A stretch of 30,471 nucleotides of DNA from contig JBLFWS010000023.1 in the NCBI GenBank assembly GCA_047611865.1, positions 1 through 30,471 on the forward strand. The letters run 5' to 3'. The stretch is from Chlamydiales bacterium. Lineage in GTDB: Bacteria; Chlamydiota; Chlamydiia; Chlamydiales; JBDQID01. Both the position numbers and the translations under genes were made by a program. The notes beneath the pieces are model-generated. The model did no database searches. It saw nothing but the letters and a program-made list of their open reading frames with translations, and was not told the DNA's origin. Position 1 is the stretch's first letter; every line of letters starts with the position of its first letter. Positions 27,530-30,471 of the stretch are shown one piece after another.

Positions 27530-27698
27530 TTTTATCTTCTAAATTTGTTCAAAAATAGGCACTAAAAAACAAAATATTAACACATTACGCAATAAAAATC
27601 ACGCAATTACTGCCGGTTTAGACATAGATACATAACAAATTACTTGAAAACAAGCAGTTTTTAAACTAATCCGTTAAGTTTTTTTTTAAAAAATGGGA

Positions 27699-28937
27699 TT
27701 ATCTGAGAAATTCTAGTGTTTCTTTTAAACTATTATAGAACAGCTCAACGTCTGCAGAACTGTTATAGAAAGAGAAAGAAGCCCGAGCAGTCGAACTTAG
27801 ATTAAAACGCTTCATTAAAGGCTGAGCACAGTGATGCCCCGTACGAATGGCAACCCCTTTCAAGTCCAGCATTGTGCCAATATCCAAAGGGTGAACGCCC
27901 TCTACCACAAAGCTTATAACCGCACTCTTTTCCTTGGCCGTCCCAATGATTCGAAGACCCTCTATTTGCCCCAAAAGTTCTGTTGCCTGCCGAAGAAGCG
28001 CCTGCTCCTTGTCATGAATCTGATCTAAGCCCACATCAAGAATATAGTCGATAGCAGCCCCCATCCCCAAAACTTGAGCAATCATGGGAGTTCCCGCCTC
28101 AAATTTAAGAGGAGGTTTGGCAAATGTGGTCCCTGTAAAAGACACTGTATCGATCATGTCACCACCCCCATCACGAGGAGGCATCGCCTCAAGAAGCTCA
28201 TATTTCCCATAAAGAACCCCGACTCCCGTAGGACCATAGGCTTTATGGGAAGAAAAAGCATAAAAATCAGCTCCAAGATCCTGTACATCCACCTTCATAT
28301 GAGGAACGCTTTGAGCACCATCGACGAGAACCAAGGCTCCCGCAGCGTGAGCACTAGCTACAATTTCCTTAATAGGATTGACTGTTCCCAGAGCATTGGA
28401 GACATGAGCCACCGCAACAATCTTGGTTTTGCTTGATAGCAAAGCCCGAAACTCCTCAAAAAGGATCTCCCCATCGTCATTTATAGGGATTACTTTCAGA
28501 ACAGCCCCCCATTCCTCACAAAGAATTTGCCAGGGAATGATATTTGAGTGGTGCTCCATCTCAGAGATGAGGATTTCGTCACCATCTTCGACAAAAGCCT
28601 TTCCGAAGCAAGAGGCCACTAGATTGATCGAATCGGTGGTTCCGCGAGTGAAAATGATTTCCTCGCTCCTTTCCGCATTCAAAAAATCGCGAATCTTATC
28701 GCGGACAGCGTTGTATTCTTCAGTAGATTTATTAGCTAGCTGGTATACCGCTCGGTGAACAGTTCCATAGCTATTTTGATAGAAGTCAGTGATTTTATCG
28801 ATGACCACCTGGGGTTTCATCGCTGTGGCAGCAGAGTCGAGATACACCAGAGGCTTCCCATGCATTTGCTGAGCAAGCATAGGGAAATCATCACGTCTTT
28901 TTTCAATATCGCTTTTCACTGACTCTACTAACACCAC
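27699..28937 (-). CDS. sufS: Cysteine desulfurase SufS
   Basis: YLDSAAT, EHHSN, DGAQ, SSHKAYGPTG (PLP Lys), FEAGTP and RTGHHCAQP (class II) motifs. Directly downstream of sufD. Confidence 0.97.
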   Translation of the reverse strand: MVLVESVKSDIEKRRDDFPMLAQQMHGKPLVYLDSAATAMKPQVVIDKITDFYQNSYGTVHRAVYQLANKSTEEYNAVRDKIRDFLNAERSEEIIFTRGTTDSINLVASCFGKAFVEDGDEILISEMEHHSNIIPWQILCEEWGAVLKVIPINDDGEILFEEFRALLSSKTKIVAVAHVSNALGTVNPIKEIVASAHAAGALVLVDGAQSVPHMKVDVQDLGADFYAFSSHKAYGPTGVGVLYGKYELLEAMPPRDGGGDMIDTVSFTGTTFAKPPLKFEAGTPMIAQVLGMGAAIDYILDVGLDQIHDKEQALLRQATELLGQIEGLRIIGTAKEKSAVISFVVEGVHPLDIGTMLDLKGVAIRTGHHCAQPLMKRFNLSSTARASFSFYNSSADVELFYNSLKETLEFLR

Positions 28938-30248
28938 TTACCCCTTTAAATAACGATTTATACGCCCGGCCATGGTTTTTCTCATAGATTCCAGAGGCAA
29001 ACGATCAATCACCTGCTTGCAAAAACCCGCAAGGAGAAGATTCTTCGCGTCTCTCTCTGTAAGACCACGGGTTCGAAGATAATGTAGATGCTCTTTATCC
29101 AGCTGGCCGACTGTTGACCCATGAGAGGCCTTTACATCATCAGCGTAAATCTCAAGATTTGGCTTACTTTCAGCTCTCGCTTTGTCACTCAATATGAGGT
29201 TATTATTCATCTGATAAGCGTCTGTCTTCTGGGCCTCAGAATGAACATACACTTTACCTTCAAAACTGGAGTGACTCATACCATCGAGAACGCCTTTAAA
29301 AAGCTGTGAAGACTGGCAATGAGGAGCTCTGTGATCCATTAAAACATTCGTATGGGCCTGTCTCTTCTCATCCAACAACCAAGCGCCATTCAGACAAACT
29401 TCAGCATTCTCTCCTGTTAACGCCACTGAGTAATCTTGACGAACACCACGTGATCCCTCAGTAGGGCACACTGTGCTCAGGTAAGAATCCCTCTTCAAAG
29501 TTGCGCGTACAGCTTCAAAATGCCAAGCATCGTGAGCCACACCCGCCACACTCGCGTAACGCACACGGGCAGCATCCTCAAGGGAGAAGTCTAGAACCTG
29601 ATTTAACCAGTAATCTTCTCCGGAAAGAAGAGCTGTATCCTGCACAAGAGTAACTTCAGACTGAGATCCACAAAAGAGATGTAATCTGGGGTGCATCATA
29701 ACTTTCTTTTCAGAACAAGAGATCACATTCAGAATCTGAATAGGAGAGGCCAAGACTGTTTTGGGAGGAACATATACAAATACACCGCCCTCATGAATAG
29801 CTGCGTTTAGCACAGCGAAAGCGTCTGTCTCTTCTTTCATTGCTTTGGCCCAGCGATTCATCAAGAAACCGCCATAGGTCTTTACAGCCCTGGAAAGAGG
29901 CTCCACAGCAACCTGCTCTGGCAAAGCTCCGGTGTTAGACAAAGTCTCACTGAAACGCCCATTCACAAATACCAAAACGGCTTCGCGGCACTCAGGAAAA
30001 ATATATTGAGTAATCTCTTCGGCTGAAACCTCTGCCTCTTCCGCTACCTTGAAAGTCGAAGCATACAGTTGATGCAAGGGGAAATAGCGAAAAACCTCAG
30101 TCTTTTTATCGGGTAATCCAAGCTCTAGAAAGTGATCCCAAGCCTTTGCTCGAACTTTCTTCAAGGGACCCTCATCAGCCTTAGCTGCATATTGGTCCTG
30201 AAGAGAAGAAAACATTCCGTTCTTGTGGGTATCCTGATCCAATAGCAT
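28938..30248 (-). CDS. sufD: Fe-S cluster assembly protein SufD
   Basis: AQKTDAYQ, KPNLEIYADDVKASHGSTVGQLD and YLRTRG motifs. Lies between sufC and sufS. Confidence 0.95.
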   Translation of the reverse strand: MLLDQDTHKNGMFSSLQDQYAAKADEGPLKKVRAKAWDHFLELGLPDKKTEVFRYFPLHQLYASTFKVAEEAEVSAEEITQYIFPECREAVLVFVNGRFSETLSNTGALPEQVAVEPLSRAVKTYGGFLMNRWAKAMKEETDAFAVLNAAIHEGGVFVYVPPKTVLASPIQILNVISCSEKKVMMHPRLHLFCGSQSEVTLVQDTALLSGEDYWLNQVLDFSLEDAARVRYASVAGVAHDAWHFEAVRATLKRDSYLSTVCPTEGSRGVRQDYSVALTGENAEVCLNGAWLLDEKRQAHTNVLMDHRAPHCQSSQLFKGVLDGMSHSSFEGKVYVHSEAQKTDAYQMNNNLILSDKARAESKPNLEIYADDVKASHGSTVGQLDKEHLHYLRTRGLTERDAKNLLLAGFCKQVIDRLPLESMRKTMAGRINRYLKG

Positions 30249-30471
30249 TAAATGACTACCTCTTCAGGAGTTTTTACCAGCCAATCATATCCACGATCTT
30301 CGAGCTCCAATGCCAATTCTGAAGTTCCAGAACGAACAATCTGCCCATCGAGCATCACGTGAACAAAGTCGGGCTTAATGTAATCGAGGAGTCTCTGATA
30401 ATGCGTGATAAGGATGAGACCTTTCTCTTCATTGTGAATCTGATTTACGCCTTTTGCCACTATACGCATAG
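30248..30471 (-). CDS. sufC: Fe-S cluster assembly ATPase SufC, C-terminal part (truncated by window edge)
   Basis: [19 protein letters not shown]...[12 protein letters not shown], the typical SufC C-terminus. Its stop overlaps the sufD start. Confidence 0.95.
   Translation of the reverse strand, partial: MRIVAKGVNQIHNEEKGLILITHYQRLLDYIKPDFVHVMLDGQIVRSGTSELALELEDRGYDWLVKTPEEVVI

Noticed and set aside
27587..27607. ACGCAAT direct repeat and a possible sigma54 site upstream of the second Rhs
   Set aside because: Only two 7-mers, and the GG-to-GC spacing is 8 nt rather than the 10 nt required for sigma54.

Overview
AT-rich bacterial window, most likely from an environmental member of the Chlamydiae. 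This is an inference from the Rhs and lipoprotein families, the mutL-pepP pairing and the effector-like genes. Housekeeping genes are eno, rsgA, a TrmH-family methyltransferase, a CCA-type nucleotidyltransferase, mutL, an Xaa-Pro peptidase and sufC-sufD-sufS. The accessory content falls into four groups. (1) Two large Rhs/YD proteins both end in related alpha/beta-hydrolase-like (lipase-like) C-terminal domains. The first is followed by a candidate immunity array of lipoprotein, ankyrin protein, paralogous lipoprotein and membrane protein. (2) A 229-bp MITE with 17-bp perfect terminal inverted repeats and a 9-bp target duplication splits the second lipoprotein gene, and removing it in silico restores the frame. 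(3) A tyrosine-phosphatase-fold protein has Ser in place of the catalytic Cys. (4) A cluster holds a degenerate YcgR/PilZ-like membrane protein, an exported protein, an orphan PhoR-like kinase and a protein with two FliG-C-like repeats. MutL has lost its canonical endonuclease metal ligands. No tRNA, rRNA or CRISPR array was seen. All family assignments are by eye, without database searches.
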